DNA of 63,632 nt, filler included. It is 8 parts of 8 records of this genome, joined end to end, with 100 filler letters (N's around TTAATTAATTAA, not from the genome) between each part and the next. Parts side by side here need not be neighbours in the genome. Positions count along the whole stretch, not along the records: positions 39,011 to 46,817 come from SRR20825006_1420; positions 46,918 to 55,395 come from SRR20825006_1424; 6 more parts are not named here. One strand, given 5' to 3'. Below the pieces are notes generated by a model. The model was not told where the DNA came from, made no database searches, and was given only the letters and a program-made list of their open reading frames with translations. This document shows, piece after piece, positions 41,570 to 51,323 of this stretch (within the stretch, counting starts at the first letter, position 1; the number at the start of each line of letters is the position of its first letter). The translations under genes were made by a program, and so were the position numbers.

Positions 41570-42802
41570 ATGAAAGTGTATCTGGTGGGCGGTGCGGTGC
41601 GGGATTCCCTGCTCGGCCTCCCCGTGACGGAAAAGGACTGGGTCGTGGTTGGCGCCGCGCCGGAAGAAATGCAAGCCAACGGATTCCGTCCCGTGGGTAA
41701 GGATTTCCCGGTATTCCTGCACCCCGACACCCAGGAAGAATACGCCCTGGCCCGTACCGAACGAAAATCCGGCCACGGCTATGGCGGCTTTACCTTCCAT
41801 GCCGCCAGCGACGTTTCCCTGGAAGAGGACCTGATTCGCCGCGACCTGACCATCAATGCCATGGCGCGTTCAGAAGGTGGCGAGGTGGTCGACCCTTTCA
41901 GCGGCAAAGTCGACCTGAAAGCTCGCCTGCTACGACATGTCTCCCCGGCTTTTGCCGAAGACCCGCTGCGAGTATTGCGTGTGGCACGATTCGCTGCCCG
42001 TTATCACTGGCTTGGTTTCCGCGTCGCGGACGACACCCTGGCACTGATGCGCCAGCTTAGTGACAGCGGCGAACTGGATTACCTGGTGCCTGAGCGGGTC
42101 TGGAAAGAAACCAGCCGGGCACTCATGGAACCGGCCCCCCAGGTCTTTTTCCAGGTGCTGCATGCCTGCGGCGCACTGGAAAAACTATTCCCCGAATTGG
42201 CCGCACTGGATGGCGTCCCCCAACCGCAAGCCCACCACCCGGAAGTGGATACCCTGGTGCATCAATGGCTATGCCTGGAAATGGCCGCAACACTCAAGCT
42301 GCCGTTGACGGCCCGCTACGCTGTGCTGTGCCACGATCTGGGCAAAGCCAAGACCCCACAGGCAGAGTGGCCCCGGCATATCGCCCATGAAATTCGCAGC
42401 GCGCGACTGTCACGCGCCTTGTCGAAACGGCTGCGCGTCCCCCGGGACGCCGCCGACACCGCCGCGCTGGTGGCCGAATACCACACCCACTGCCACCGCG
42501 CTCTGGAGCTGAAACCGCAAACCGTGTGGAAACTGTTCAAGGCACTGGATGTGATCCGCCGGCCCGAACGGTTGGAAGATTTTCTGGGCGCCTGCGAAGC
42601 CGATGCCCGCGGCCGCACCGGTTTCGAAGACCGTGCCTACCCCCAGGCAAACTACCTGCGCGGTGCGGCCCAGGCGCTCCAGTCTGTGGACGTGGCCGCC
42701 TTGCGCGCTGAGGGTATTGAAGGGCCCGCCCTGGGCGACGCCATCGAAAAAGCCCGCATCCAGGCCATCACCACTTTCAAACAACAGGAGCTCAATCCCT
42801 GA
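41570..42802 (+). CDS. cca: multifunctional CCA tRNA nucleotidyltransferase
   Basis: [39 protein letters not shown] domain (HDLGK). Confidence 0.97.
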   Translation: MKVYLVGGAVRDSLLGLPVTEKDWVVVGAAPEEMQANGFRPVGKDFPVFLHPDTQEEYALARTERKSGHGYGGFTFHAASDVSLEEDLIRRDLTINAMARSEGGEVVDPFSGKVDLKARLLRHVSPAFAEDPLRVLRVARFAARYHWLGFRVADDTLALMRQLSDSGELDYLVPERVWKETSRALMEPAPQVFFQVLHACGALEKLFPELAALDGVPQPQAHHPEVDTLVHQWLCLEMAATLKLPLTARYAVLCHDLGKAKTPQAEWPRHIAHEIRSARLSRALSKRLRVPRDAADTAALVAEYHTHCHRALELKPQTVWKLFKALDVIRRPERLEDFLGACEADARGRTGFEDRAYPQANYLRGAAQALQSVDVAALRAEGIEGPALGDAIEKARIQAITTFKQQELNP

Positions 42803-43539
42803 TGACAACCCCCGTCGCCCTGGTTACCGGCAGCGCCCGCCGTATCGGCGCCCAGATCGTTCGTACCCTGCATCAACATGGTATGCGGGTGATCATTCAC
42901 TACCGGGGCAGCCAGCAGGAAGCCGAAAGCCTGGCCACAGATCTCAATCAAACCCGCCCGAACAGTGCCGCCGTGCTACAAGCCGATCTGGACCAGCCGA
43001 CCGCAGTACGCCAGCTGGCCAGCGATGCGCTGGCCTGTTTCGGCCAACTGGACCTGCTGGTGAATAATGCCTCCAGTTTTTACCCCACGCCCATTGATCA
43101 GGCCGACGACGCCGACTGGGAAAAATTGATTCACAGCAACCTGCGCGCCCCCTTTATTCTCAGCCAGCAACTGACGCCGGCCCTGCGCCAACAACACGGC
43201 TGCATTATCAACATAGTCGATGTCTACGCAGAAAAACCGCTGCAAACCCACACCCTGTATTGCATGGCCAAGGCAGGACTTGCGATGATGACAAAAAGCC
43301 TGGCTCGGGAGCTGGGGCCGGAGATTCGCGTGAACGGCGTATCCCCGGGGCCAATCCTGTGGCCGGAGGCGGGGCAAATGAACCAGCAGGCGATTCAGGA
43401 TGCCACCGCGCTCAAGCGCAGCGGTGAACCGGATGACATCGCCAACACGGTTTACTGGTTGGCCACTGCCGCACCGTTTATTACTGGGCAAATATTGGCC
43501 GTGGACGGGGGACGTTCACTGGCCTTGCAGGGAAGCTAA
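42802..43539 (+). CDS. pteridine reductase (FolM/PTR1-like SDR)
   Basis: TGSARRIG, NNASSF, YCMAK, VDGG; folate-gene context. Confidence 0.88.
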   Translation: MTTPVALVTGSARRIGAQIVRTLHQHGMRVIIHYRGSQQEAESLATDLNQTRPNSAAVLQADLDQPTAVRQLASDALACFGQLDLLVNNASSFYPTPIDQADDADWEKLIHSNLRAPFILSQQLTPALRQQHGCIINIVDVYAEKPLQTHTLYCMAKAGLAMMTKSLARELGPEIRVNGVSPGPILWPEAGQMNQQAIQDATALKRSGEPDDIANTVYWLATAAPFITGQILAVDGGRSLALQGS

Positions 43540-43570
43540 AAACAAAACACGGGAAGGACTCTCGAGGAAA

Positions 43571-44011
43571 ATGATGAGATTAATCGGGGGAATAATTCTG
43601 TCGCTGACGGTCATGTCTGCCAGTGCAGAAATCTATCGCTGGAAAGACGCCAACGGAAATTGGCAATTCGGGGACAAGGCGCCAAAAGAACAACATGACA
43701 CTCTCGACGTGAAAGCTCCCCCCAAAATTGGTCAGGAGGATGCACGCGATATTCATGCCCGCACCCAGCGCCTGCTGGAAAGCCAGCGTACCCAGGCCCG
43801 AGAAAAAGCCCAGGCCGAAGAAGCCGCCCGAAGACAACACCAGGAACGTTTTGCCAAACCCTGCGCGGAAGCACAAGACCGCCTGAAAATGCTCAAAGGC
43901 CCTTTCGAATACATTGAAGAAGACGGCTCACGGCGCGGCGCAACAGCAGACGAAGTTGCCGCAGACCAGAAAAAAACCCGCAAATGGATTGACGAACATT
44001 GCGACTTCTAG
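43571..44011 (+). CDS. secreted DUF4124 protein
   Basis: Signal peptide then AEIYRWKDANG.WQFGDKAP, coiled coil, two Cys. Confidence 0.85.
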   Translation: MMRLIGGIILSLTVMSASAEIYRWKDANGNWQFGDKAPKEQHDTLDVKAPPKIGQEDARDIHARTQRLLESQRTQAREKAQAEEAARRQHQERFAKPCAEAQDRLKMLKGPFEYIEEDGSRRGATADEVAADQKKTRKWIDEHCDF

Positions 44012-44925
44012 CGCTTGCTCTCACCCTCAGTCTCCTGCTCGGCGACATCGCCCGGGCAGAAATTTTCCAGTGGCGTGACGCCAACGGTAAATTGCACTTT
44101 GGTGACCGGCCACCGGAAGACGTACAAACCCAAACCATCACCCCGAACATCAGCCCACAACTCAAAGAACTCGAAATCCAGATTAAACGTCAGGACTTCA
44201 CCCTCTCCGGCGACCTGCAACAACAAACGCTGGATAACATCCACAACATTTACCAGCGCTACCGCCGGGATTTCGGCCTGGACCTGCATGGCACCGCGGA
44301 AGTCAATTTATACCTGATTGAAAAACAGGACGACTTCCAGCAATGGATGGTTGACCGCATAGGCTCCAGCAGCCGCCACTATGCCGGCGTCTTTATTCCT
44401 GCCACCAATGAAGTGGCAGTGTGGCGATGGGCCGATGATGAACGGCAAGTTGCCCAGACCATCCTGCATGAATCCAGCCACGTTCTGCTCTACCAGTTAT
44501 CACCCTCGGCCCCGGTCTGGTTGCAAGAAGGCCTGGCACAGTATTTCCAGACACTGGAAACACAACCGGACGGTCGCCTGAAAATCAGTGCGCTGCCGGA
44601 TGCGCAGGAGCGGGTTCAGACCTGGATTGAACAGCAACGGCTGATTACTCTGCGGCAGTATCTGTCCCTGGACGATGCGCAATGGCGAAAAATGGCCCAC
44701 CAGCTAAACGCCATTCCCTATACGGTTGCCTGGGCCACTACCGCTTTTCTCATGTCCAAACCCGTGGGCCGCGCCACCCTGCGACAAATGCTTCAGGACC
44801 TGGAGAAAACCCACCAGCGCCCAACACTTCAGCGTATCGAGCACCTCTACCCCGGTGGCATTTCACGGCTGGAATACGATTTCTTTCGTTGGGCCCAAAG
44901 CGATATGGCACCGCATTGGTATTAA
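43999..44925 (+). CDS. secreted DUF4124 plus gluzincin-like metallopeptidase domain protein
   Basis: EIFQWRDANGKLHFGDRPP; HESSH followed by WLQEGLAQY. Confidence 0.82.
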   Translation: MRLLALALTLSLLLGDIARAEIFQWRDANGKLHFGDRPPEDVQTQTITPNISPQLKELEIQIKRQDFTLSGDLQQQTLDNIHNIYQRYRRDFGLDLHGTAEVNLYLIEKQDDFQQWMVDRIGSSSRHYAGVFIPATNEVAVWRWADDERQVAQTILHESSHVLLYQLSPSAPVWLQEGLAQYFQTLETQPDGRLKISALPDAQERVQTWIEQQRLITLRQYLSLDDAQWRKMAHQLNAIPYTVAWATTAFLMSKPVGRATLRQMLQDLEKTHQRPTLQRIEHLYPGGISRLEYDFFRWAQSDMAPHWY

Positions 44926-45020
44926 AAAGAGACGCGGCACGCTTCACGCCACACGCTGCAACGCGGGCGATACTGGGTGCCGAACGGTGGCTGCGCTGCC
45001 CGCGAAACGGTTCGTCTCCA

Positions 45021-45052
45021 GTAGGTCGAATAGCCTAAAGGCGTAATCCGAC
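45021..45052 (+). repeat. GTAG-type REP element
   Basis: GTAG-GTCGAATA-GCC-TAAA-GGC-GTAATCCGAC imperfect palindrome between convergent genes. Confidence 0.7.
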
Positions 45053-45097
45053 ATGCTGCGTTCCGAGGCCCATAGCCGGGACCGACGAACCGCGCCG

Positions 45098-45619
45098 TTA
45101 TTTATCCTCGAACGGCACCACCCACAACTTCTGATCGCTGAAATTCGCTGTTTCCAAAAGCGTGCGGTAAGAGGTTTTTGTTTCGGGGTGCTGGGCATCC
45201 GGGGCCAGATCCACCAGGGGTTTCAACACAAAAGCGTGTTTGAGAATTTCATCGCGGGGCAGCTGCACCCCATCCACTTCCCCCACACAGTCGTCGTAGG
45301 TAAGAATATCGATATCCAGGGTTCGGCTGGAAAACTTCTTCTCGCCACGTACCCGGCCATGGTCTTTTTCGATGTCCTTCAGGCAAGCCGCCAGGTCCCC
45401 GACACTCAGGGTCGTCTTCAGCCCTACCACCAGGTTATAAAAAGCATCGCCGTCAAAACCCACCGCTTCACTTTCATACACCGGACTGATTGCCAGCGGT
45501 GAAAATAGCGGGGCCAGCGCTTTCAGCCCAGAGCGGATATTGTGCTCACGGTCTATATTGGAGCCCAGGCTAAGGAATACCTGAGCCTGAGACGCGTCAC
45601 CTTCCAGCGCTTCACCCAT
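45098..45619 (-). CDS. folK: 2-amino-4-hydroxy-6-hydroxymethyldihydropteridine diphosphokinase
   Basis: LSLGSNI, FYNLV, IE..GR, RTLDIDIL, FVLKPL. Confidence 0.94.
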   Translation of the reverse strand: MGEALEGDASQAQVFLSLGSNIDREHNIRSGLKALAPLFSPLAISPVYESEAVGFDGDAFYNLVVGLKTTLSVGDLAACLKDIEKDHGRVRGEKKFSSRTLDIDILTYDDCVGEVDGVQLPRDEILKHAFVLKPLVDLAPDAQHPETKTSYRTLLETANFSDQKLWVVPFEDK

Positions 45620-45974
45620 CGGGACGTTCACCCCGCTCAATGATCACACCCACATCCCGCGCACCACGCAGGGCGCCCGGTTTGCTGAGCCGCAGCTTCA
45701 ACCACGGCACCTGAAATTCGTTGAGCACCAGCTGCGCCACGTTCTCGGCCAGCGTCTCAACCAGCTGAAACTCGCTGCTTTCGATAAAGGCAATCAACCG
45801 CTTGCCGATAGCCTTGTAGTCCAGGGCATCGTCGATGTGATCCGATGCTGCCCCTCTGCGAATGTCCGCCGCCATCTCCAGATCCAGACTGACGGTCTGG
45901 CGAATACGGCGCTCCCAGTCAAAAATGCCGATCACGGTATCCACTTTCAAATCATTGATATAAACAATATCCAT
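45612..45974 (-). CDS. folB: dihydroneopterin aldolase
   Basis: MDIVYI..L.V.T.IG.FDWER...Q, LDY, LVETLAE, KPGA. Confidence 0.95.
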   Translation of the reverse strand: MDIVYINDLKVDTVIGIFDWERRIRQTVSLDLEMAADIRRGAASDHIDDALDYKAIGKRLIAFIESSEFQLVETLAENVAQLVLNEFQVPWLKLRLSKPGALRGARDVGVIIERGERPDG

Positions 45975-46165
45975 ACTCGATCTCTTGGCGTGGCATTCAC
46001 CGGCACCTACGCTGACACAGGGCCTCTGGCGGATGAATCCCATTTCAGGTAATCAGATGTTACGCTTGCAGCGCAGGCAATAACGCCCTGCTGTGTACAA
46101 TGTCACCCCATGTATTACAGGGCGCAAATTTCGCTGCCTCAGCGATTGAAGGGAGATTATAGCCG

Positions 46166-46780
46166 GTGCAAGCAGGGACATTACAGGACGTCTGGTTTTG
46201 GCTAGTGCCATTGTGCATAGCCGGCTATCTGATGGGCTCTATTTCCAGCGCCATTCTGGTGTGTCGATTGTTCGGTTACTCGGACCCTCGCACCGAGGGC
46301 TCCAACAACCCCGGGGCCACCAATGTATTGCGCATTGGCGGCAAACCGGCGGCCGCGCTCACCCTGCTCGGTGACGTACTTAAAGGGGTCATTCCGGTGA
46401 TATTGGCCCGCTCTCTCGACATGGGCCCCTTTGTCGCCGCCCTGGTGGGCACCTTCGCCTTTCTGGGCCACCTGTACCCGGTGTTCTTCCATTTTCAGGG
46501 TGGTAAGGGCGTGGCCACAGCTTTCGGGCTGTTGTTCGCCCTGCACTGGCCCAGCGGGCTGCTTGCCGGTGGCACCTGGCTGCTGGTCTTTGCCCTCAAC
46601 CGCATTTCTTCCATCGCCTCACTCAGCGCTTTTGTAGTAGCACCGGCGTGTATCTTTGCCTGGCTGCCCCAGGCTTTCTGGCCCATGCTAGCTCTGTCTC
46701 TGGTGATGATCGCCCGGCACCGCAGCAATCTGCAGAAAATCCTGCGTGGAGAAGAACTGGGGTTCCGGAAGAAGGATTGA
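46166..46780 (+). CDS. plsY: glycerol-3-phosphate acyltransferase
   Basis: GYLMGSI, GSNNPGATNVLR, DVLKG, GHLYP.FF.F.GGKGVATA, RHRSN. Confidence 0.96.
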   Translation: MQAGTLQDVWFWLVPLCIAGYLMGSISSAILVCRLFGYSDPRTEGSNNPGATNVLRIGGKPAAALTLLGDVLKGVIPVILARSLDMGPFVAALVGTFAFLGHLYPVFFHFQGGKGVATAFGLLFALHWPSGLLAGGTWLLVFALNRISSIASLSAFVVAPACIFAWLPQAFWPMLALSLVMIARHRSNLQKILRGEELGFRKKD

Positions 46781-46790
46781 GCCCTCAGCC

Positions 46791-46814
46791 GTAGGAGCGT
46801 CGCTGGCGGCGCGA
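46791..46814 (+). repeat. GTAG-type REP element at contig end
   Basis: GTAGGA-GCGTCGC-TG-GCGGCGC-GA. Confidence 0.65.
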
Positions 46815-46817
46815 TTC

Positions 46818-46917
46818 NNNNNNNNNNNNNNNNNNNNNNNNNNNNNNNNNNNNNNNNNNNNTTAATTAATTAANNNNNNNNNNNNNNNNNNNNNNNNNNN
46901 NNNNNNNNNNNNNNNNN
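46818..46917. other. artificial contig spacer
   Basis: N44-TTAATTAATTAA-N44. Confidence 0.99.
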
Positions 46918-46981
46918 ATCAGAATGTTTCCGCGGCCTTCTTTTTGCTCGGCACCGACGCATCGATGCCAACCCCCACAAC

Positions 46982-49354
46982 CTATCCCTTCTTGATCCGA
47001 TCCTTGTCGTAGATGTCGATCAGGAAGTTCGCGCGTCCTTTGTCATCAGGTCGCACCGTGAAGTACTCGACGTGCACGGGGACGCGATGCTTGAGGAAGA
47101 TCGGCATATAGGTCGTCTCGGCCAGGTACTTCTTGATCGTCCTCTCGTCATACTGACCGTCGTTCTCGAGCAGCCACGCGGCGAAGTCGAGCGGCTCGTG
47201 CATCCTCATGCAGCCGTGGCTGTAGGCGCGAATCTCGCGGCTGAACAGGCCCTTGTGCGGCGTGTCGTGGAGGTACACGTCGTGCAGGTTCGGGAAGATG
47301 ATCTTGACGCGTCCGAGCGAGTTATCATCGCCATTGAGTTGGCGCACGTACTCCCAGCTCTTCCCGGCGTACATCACCTCGTAGCCGTTGGCCGCGTACC
47401 ATGGCGGGATGTTCTCGGGGTCGGTCGTCGAGACATCCACCAGGCCAGTCTCGGGCACGACGTAGGGGAACAGCGCGGCGACATCGGGCTCGGCGCCATG
47501 CTTCTTCAGGTAGGCTGCCTTGAACCCGGCGATATCGAGCTGCCAGCCCTCGGCGGTCTTGCTGTAGACCTTGGGCGGTGGCGTGTTCTTGACGCCGAGC
47601 AGGTTTCCTAACCCCGCGCCGCCTTGCAGCCCTGCGGGGCTCGGAGAGCCGCCGCCTTGCGCGCCACCCTGAGCGCCGCCTTGAGCACCACCTTCGGGTG
47701 TCGCCGGTTTTGGAGCACCTGCGGGCGCGCCGATCAGCTTGTCGACCTTTGCCTGGTAGCGCCCCTCGAGATCCTTGCGCACGTCGACGAGCGTCTCCTC
47801 CTCGCGGATACGCGACGTGACGTTCCAGTAGGGGTTGTAGATCACGCGGTCGATGTACGCGGACACCGTGGGCGTGCGGTTCGGGTGCTCGAGCTCGCCG
47901 GTCTCCTCATCCTTCTCGCGGTCGTTGTTTCCGACCACGACGCGCATGCGCTTGGCGCGTTTCTGATCCTTCCAGATCTCGGCGTGGAAGTCGGGGATGT
48001 TGACCACGACATACACGGGGTGGTCGTGGTGATTGACGTTGGAGTTGCGCCAGCGCTCCATGTTGAGCTCGATCTGAGCCAGGCGGCGCTCGGCCGAGAC
48101 GTTCACGCTGCGCCAGAAGGACCTGCCAGGTTTCCCATCCACGTCCATCTGGTGCGTGCGCTGGTACTCCTTGACCGCGTCATACAGGTTGTCGTCGAAG
48201 AGGTCGGTGAACTCCTTCTCCTGGCCCGTGTAATAGCCCTCGATCTTCAGGCGTTTCTTGAGCTGCTTGACCACCGGAGCGCGCTGACCCTTGCGGATCT
48301 TGGTCTTCTCGGGGAGCTCTTCCCAGCCACCCTTGGCGACGATCTCGCGGTAGCGCACGTACTCCTTGCGGAGCGCGTCGTACTGCGGTCCTGGCGAGAA
48401 GGACGCGAGCAATGGCGCGATATCCTTCTCCTTCAAGTCGAGCGCTTCGTTCAACACCTGCGAGAGCTTCTCGTGGAACAGCCCTGCGCCTTCCTTTTTG
48501 GCGATCGCCTCGGCGGCAAAGACCGCCTGACGCCAGCGCACACCAGCGGTGTAGGCGCCCAATGCATCGGTGGGGCGTTTCCCGCGGGTCTCCGGGTTGT
48601 TGTAGTAGTCGTCGTGGCGAGGGTGGACAAAGATCTCTTTGTTGCGGAAGTAGCGCATGTTTCGCGCGTATCGCATCAACCCTTGCGCCAGCGTCGCCTC
48701 GATGTCCGCCTGGAGCTCGGCCATCTTGGCGCTGGTCGTCTGGTATTGCTCGAGCTGCTTGTTGAGCGCCTCTCCGGCGCCCGATTCGAGCAGCGCCTCG
48801 TTGGCCGCCTCATTGCTCGATGCGTCGAGCTTGATCTCATCAGGCTTCTTGGCCAGCACCCACTCGCGCACGAACTTGCGCTCGGCGTCTCCTGGCGCGA
48901 ACTCGCCGAGTGATGCGAACTCCTCCTGCAACTTCTCGAGCTTCTCGAGGTTCTCGTGCACGCTCGCGGCGCCGTAGTCGCGCGCGTCGAAGCCGTCGTG
49001 ATCGACCTTCTCGAGCATCGCCAGGATCTTGTCGCCGTTGGGCGTCAACTTCCCGGATTTGACGAACGTGGTCTTGTACTCGCGCGCCTTGTAGACCTCC
49101 TCGGCGAGCTTGCCGTAGGGAGGTTCGCTCGGCTTGAGCCTCTTGGCGTCGGCCTCGCGCGCGGCGAGGAGCTTTGCCTTGAGTGATTCGCTCGCCGCAG
49201 CGGCGGATGCTTGCTCCTTGACCGTGGGACCGATCTGTTCAGCCCACTGGCTGACAAAAGGTTCGGCCTGCTCGGGCGTGATCTTTGGCTCTTCACAGCC
49301 AAGCGTCGCCACGAGAAGAGAGGAGAGGAGAATGTAGAAGAGTTTCTGTCGCAT
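46982..49354 (-). CDS. LdtD/YcbB-like L,D-transpeptidase lipoprotein
   Basis: ATLGC lipobox, PG-binding domain (AVKEYQRTHQMDVDGKPG), VVNIPDF, NPYWNV, VYLHDTP, SHGCMR. Confidence 0.9.
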   Translation of the reverse strand: MRQKLFYILLSSLLVATLGCEEPKITPEQAEPFVSQWAEQIGPTVKEQASAAAASESLKAKLLAAREADAKRLKPSEPPYGKLAEEVYKAREYKTTFVKSGKLTPNGDKILAMLEKVDHDGFDARDYGAASVHENLEKLEKLQEEFASLGEFAPGDAERKFVREWVLAKKPDEIKLDASSNEAANEALLESGAGEALNKQLEQYQTTSAKMAELQADIEATLAQGLMRYARNMRYFRNKEIFVHPRHDDYYNNPETRGKRPTDALGAYTAGVRWRQAVFAAEAIAKKEGAGLFHEKLSQVLNEALDLKEKDIAPLLASFSPGPQYDALRKEYVRYREIVAKGGWEELPEKTKIRKGQRAPVVKQLKKRLKIEGYYTGQEKEFTDLFDDNLYDAVKEYQRTHQMDVDGKPGRSFWRSVNVSAERRLAQIELNMERWRNSNVNHHDHPVYVVVNIPDFHAEIWKDQKRAKRMRVVVGNNDREKDEETGELEHPNRTPTVSAYIDRVIYNPYWNVTSRIREEETLVDVRKDLEGRYQAKVDKLIGAPAGAPKPATPEGGAQGGAQGGAQGGGSPSPAGLQGGAGLGNLLGVKNTPPPKVYSKTAEGWQLDIAGFKAAYLKKHGAEPDVAALFPYVVPETGLVDVSTTDPENIPPWYAANGYEVMYAGKSWEYVRQLNGDDNSLGRVKIIFPNLHDVYLHDTPHKGLFSREIRAYSHGCMRMHEPLDFAAWLLENDGQYDERTIKKYLAETTYMPIFLKHRVPVHVEYFTVRPDDKGRANFLIDIYDKDRIKKG

Positions 49355-49645
49355 CGCTTCGATCCTTGTGCGAGACGGCTTCGAGGTGGTTTCGAGATGC
49401 GAGCGTTCCGTGCTCGCTTCGCGATTATGGAGCAAGATTCGCCTTGCCGCAAAAACCTCGCGCCGCCGCTCGAATTTCGATGTCTTTACCAGGCGAGAGC
49501 GGAGTTCGCCAACCTGACTCTCGCCGCAGCCCCTACTAAATCAAGGATCGAAACGAGGGCAAAAATTCCAGGCGAGCGTGCGACTTATAGAGGCGGCCTC
49601 GCCGCGGGCATCGAGCAGCCGCAGCGAGGCCGGAGACAAATCGCT

Positions 49646-50725
49646 TTAGCCGCCACAGGAGCCGCTCACGCGGCGCCAGTTCGACTTGGGCATCGACGTG
49701 CTCGGCGCAGGCTTGGCGTTACCCAGCAAATAGAGCGCGCGTCGGTTGGCGGCTTCATCCACGTTGTCCGCGGTCTTGACCTTGAGCACCGACTCGCCAA
49801 ACCCCTGATAGTAGACCGGCATGTCGATCCCGTTCTTCTGGAACCATCGCGCGATGGAGCACGCGCGTTGCGCGCTCAGTTTCTGGTTCGATCCCGCCGG
49901 GCCGACCGTGTCCGTGTAACCGGCGACATACAGACGCATCCCCGCGCGGTGCTTCTCGTTGCGCTTCATCTGCTCGCGGATCTCCTTCAGGGAGTCCTCG
50001 AGCTTCTTCTCCTCGGCGCCATCCTTGATCGCGTACTTGCCCGAGTCGAAGTTCACATCCTTGTGCTCGATCTCGATCCACCACGGCTCGAGCAGCACGC
50101 TCGTCCAGAACTCGTCGACATCGTAGACGCGGATCTCGATCGATCCGATCGCTCCAGCGGCTGGCCAGCTCGCCTTGAGGTTGCCATACGCGCCACCATA
50201 GTTTTGCGTGTGCACGCCCAGGTCGCGCCCCTTGGGGTCCTTGAACGCCATCTCCACGCGATCCACCGGGCGATTGACCTTGAACGGGATCTCGCGTGAA
50301 TCCATGTCCACGCCGTCCGGATCGATCACGAGCGTGATCGGCTCCACGCGCACCACGTCGAACTCGAAGGCTGGAATCTCGACCTTCTGCCCACCCGCTC
50401 CCTCGGCGGAGATCTTGACCGTGAAGGTGTGCGCGCCCTTGCCCACTCTCAGTGGGATCGCCTTGGTCGCGCCCGGGTTCATGCGCCCGACCTTGACGGT
50501 CTTGTTCTTGGCCGACGAGCTCTTGAGCTCGATCTTTGCCGAGTTCACGATATCGGTCGCCTGCAGCACGAGCGTCGGGGGTTCCCCGTCGGTCTGCGAT
50601 TTCTTGTTCACGAGCTTGTACTCGAACCCCGTAGCGAACGCGCTCGTCGAGATCAACATCGCGCAAGTCACCAGCGCTGCACACAGCGCTCCCTGTCCCC
50701 ACTTGTTGGATCGATCCTTTCTCAT
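49646..50725 (-). CDS. secreted protein with C-terminal OmpA-like peptidoglycan-binding domain
   Basis: Signal peptide; VNFDSGK, GYTDTVG, NQKLSAQRA, GFGE, NRRA. Confidence 0.88.
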   Translation of the reverse strand: MRKDRSNKWGQGALCAALVTCAMLISTSAFATGFEYKLVNKKSQTDGEPPTLVLQATDIVNSAKIELKSSSAKNKTVKVGRMNPGATKAIPLRVGKGAHTFTVKISAEGAGGQKVEIPAFEFDVVRVEPITLVIDPDGVDMDSREIPFKVNRPVDRVEMAFKDPKGRDLGVHTQNYGGAYGNLKASWPAAGAIGSIEIRVYDVDEFWTSVLLEPWWIEIEHKDVNFDSGKYAIKDGAEEKKLEDSLKEIREQMKRNEKHRAGMRLYVAGYTDTVGPAGSNQKLSAQRACSIARWFQKNGIDMPVYYQGFGESVLKVKTADNVDEAANRRALYLLGNAKPAPSTSMPKSNWRRVSGSCGG

Positions 50726-51023
50726 CCTCGGCTCTCCTCACGCTGGTCTTGCTGACCCAGGTTAATTCGTGCGCGTCGTTTGCTGTGAACCTCACCACAC
50801 ACGACGTGCTTCTTATCACTCTGGAGACGTTGACATCAGGCACACATTCAATGTTCCCTCCACGATCGCCCACCCTATGCGATGCCGCTTGCCAGAAGCA
50901 AGGCGCAGCGCGTCATCATCGCTCTAAAACGGGTCGTGAGCCTTGCGTCACCACCGTAAACGAATTAACCAATAAGCTGCTCGCGCCGCTCGCTCGTGAT
51001 GACCGCTGATACCGAGGCAATGG

Positions 51024-51323
51024 ATGTTGCTCCTGGCCCAGATGAACCTCGCCCTCCCTGCTCCCTGGAACTGGATCGGACTCGCTGTCTCCGGCACGAT
51101 CTTTCTCGGGATCCTCGGCGCCATTTGGGGGATCTACGCCAAGCTCGGCCTGCGTCCTCCTCACAAGCTCTTTCCCTTGCCAAAGAGCGAGAAGTACCCC
51201 GCGCTCCCACAGTCCAAAAGCACGCTCGCCGAGCAGGCCGATCGACGCTTGCTCGAATCCAAAGAGCAACAGGAGGGCGCCAAACTGTTGACCTCGACGG
51301 TTGCGAAAGAGGAAGAAGAGTGA
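51024..51323 (+). CDS. small single-TM hypothetical protein
   Basis: 99 aa; stop overlaps the NUDIX start (GTGA). Confidence 0.6.
   Translation: MLLLAQMNLALPAPWNWIGLAVSGTIFLGILGAIWGIYAKLGLRPPHKLFPLPKSEKYPALPQSKSTLAEQADRRLLESKEQQEGAKLLTSTVAKEEEE

Noticed and set aside
46921-46945. GTTTCCGCGGC resembling a type I-G CRISPR repeat end
   Set aside because: No repeat-spacer periodicity, no ATTGAAGC-type end, no cas genes
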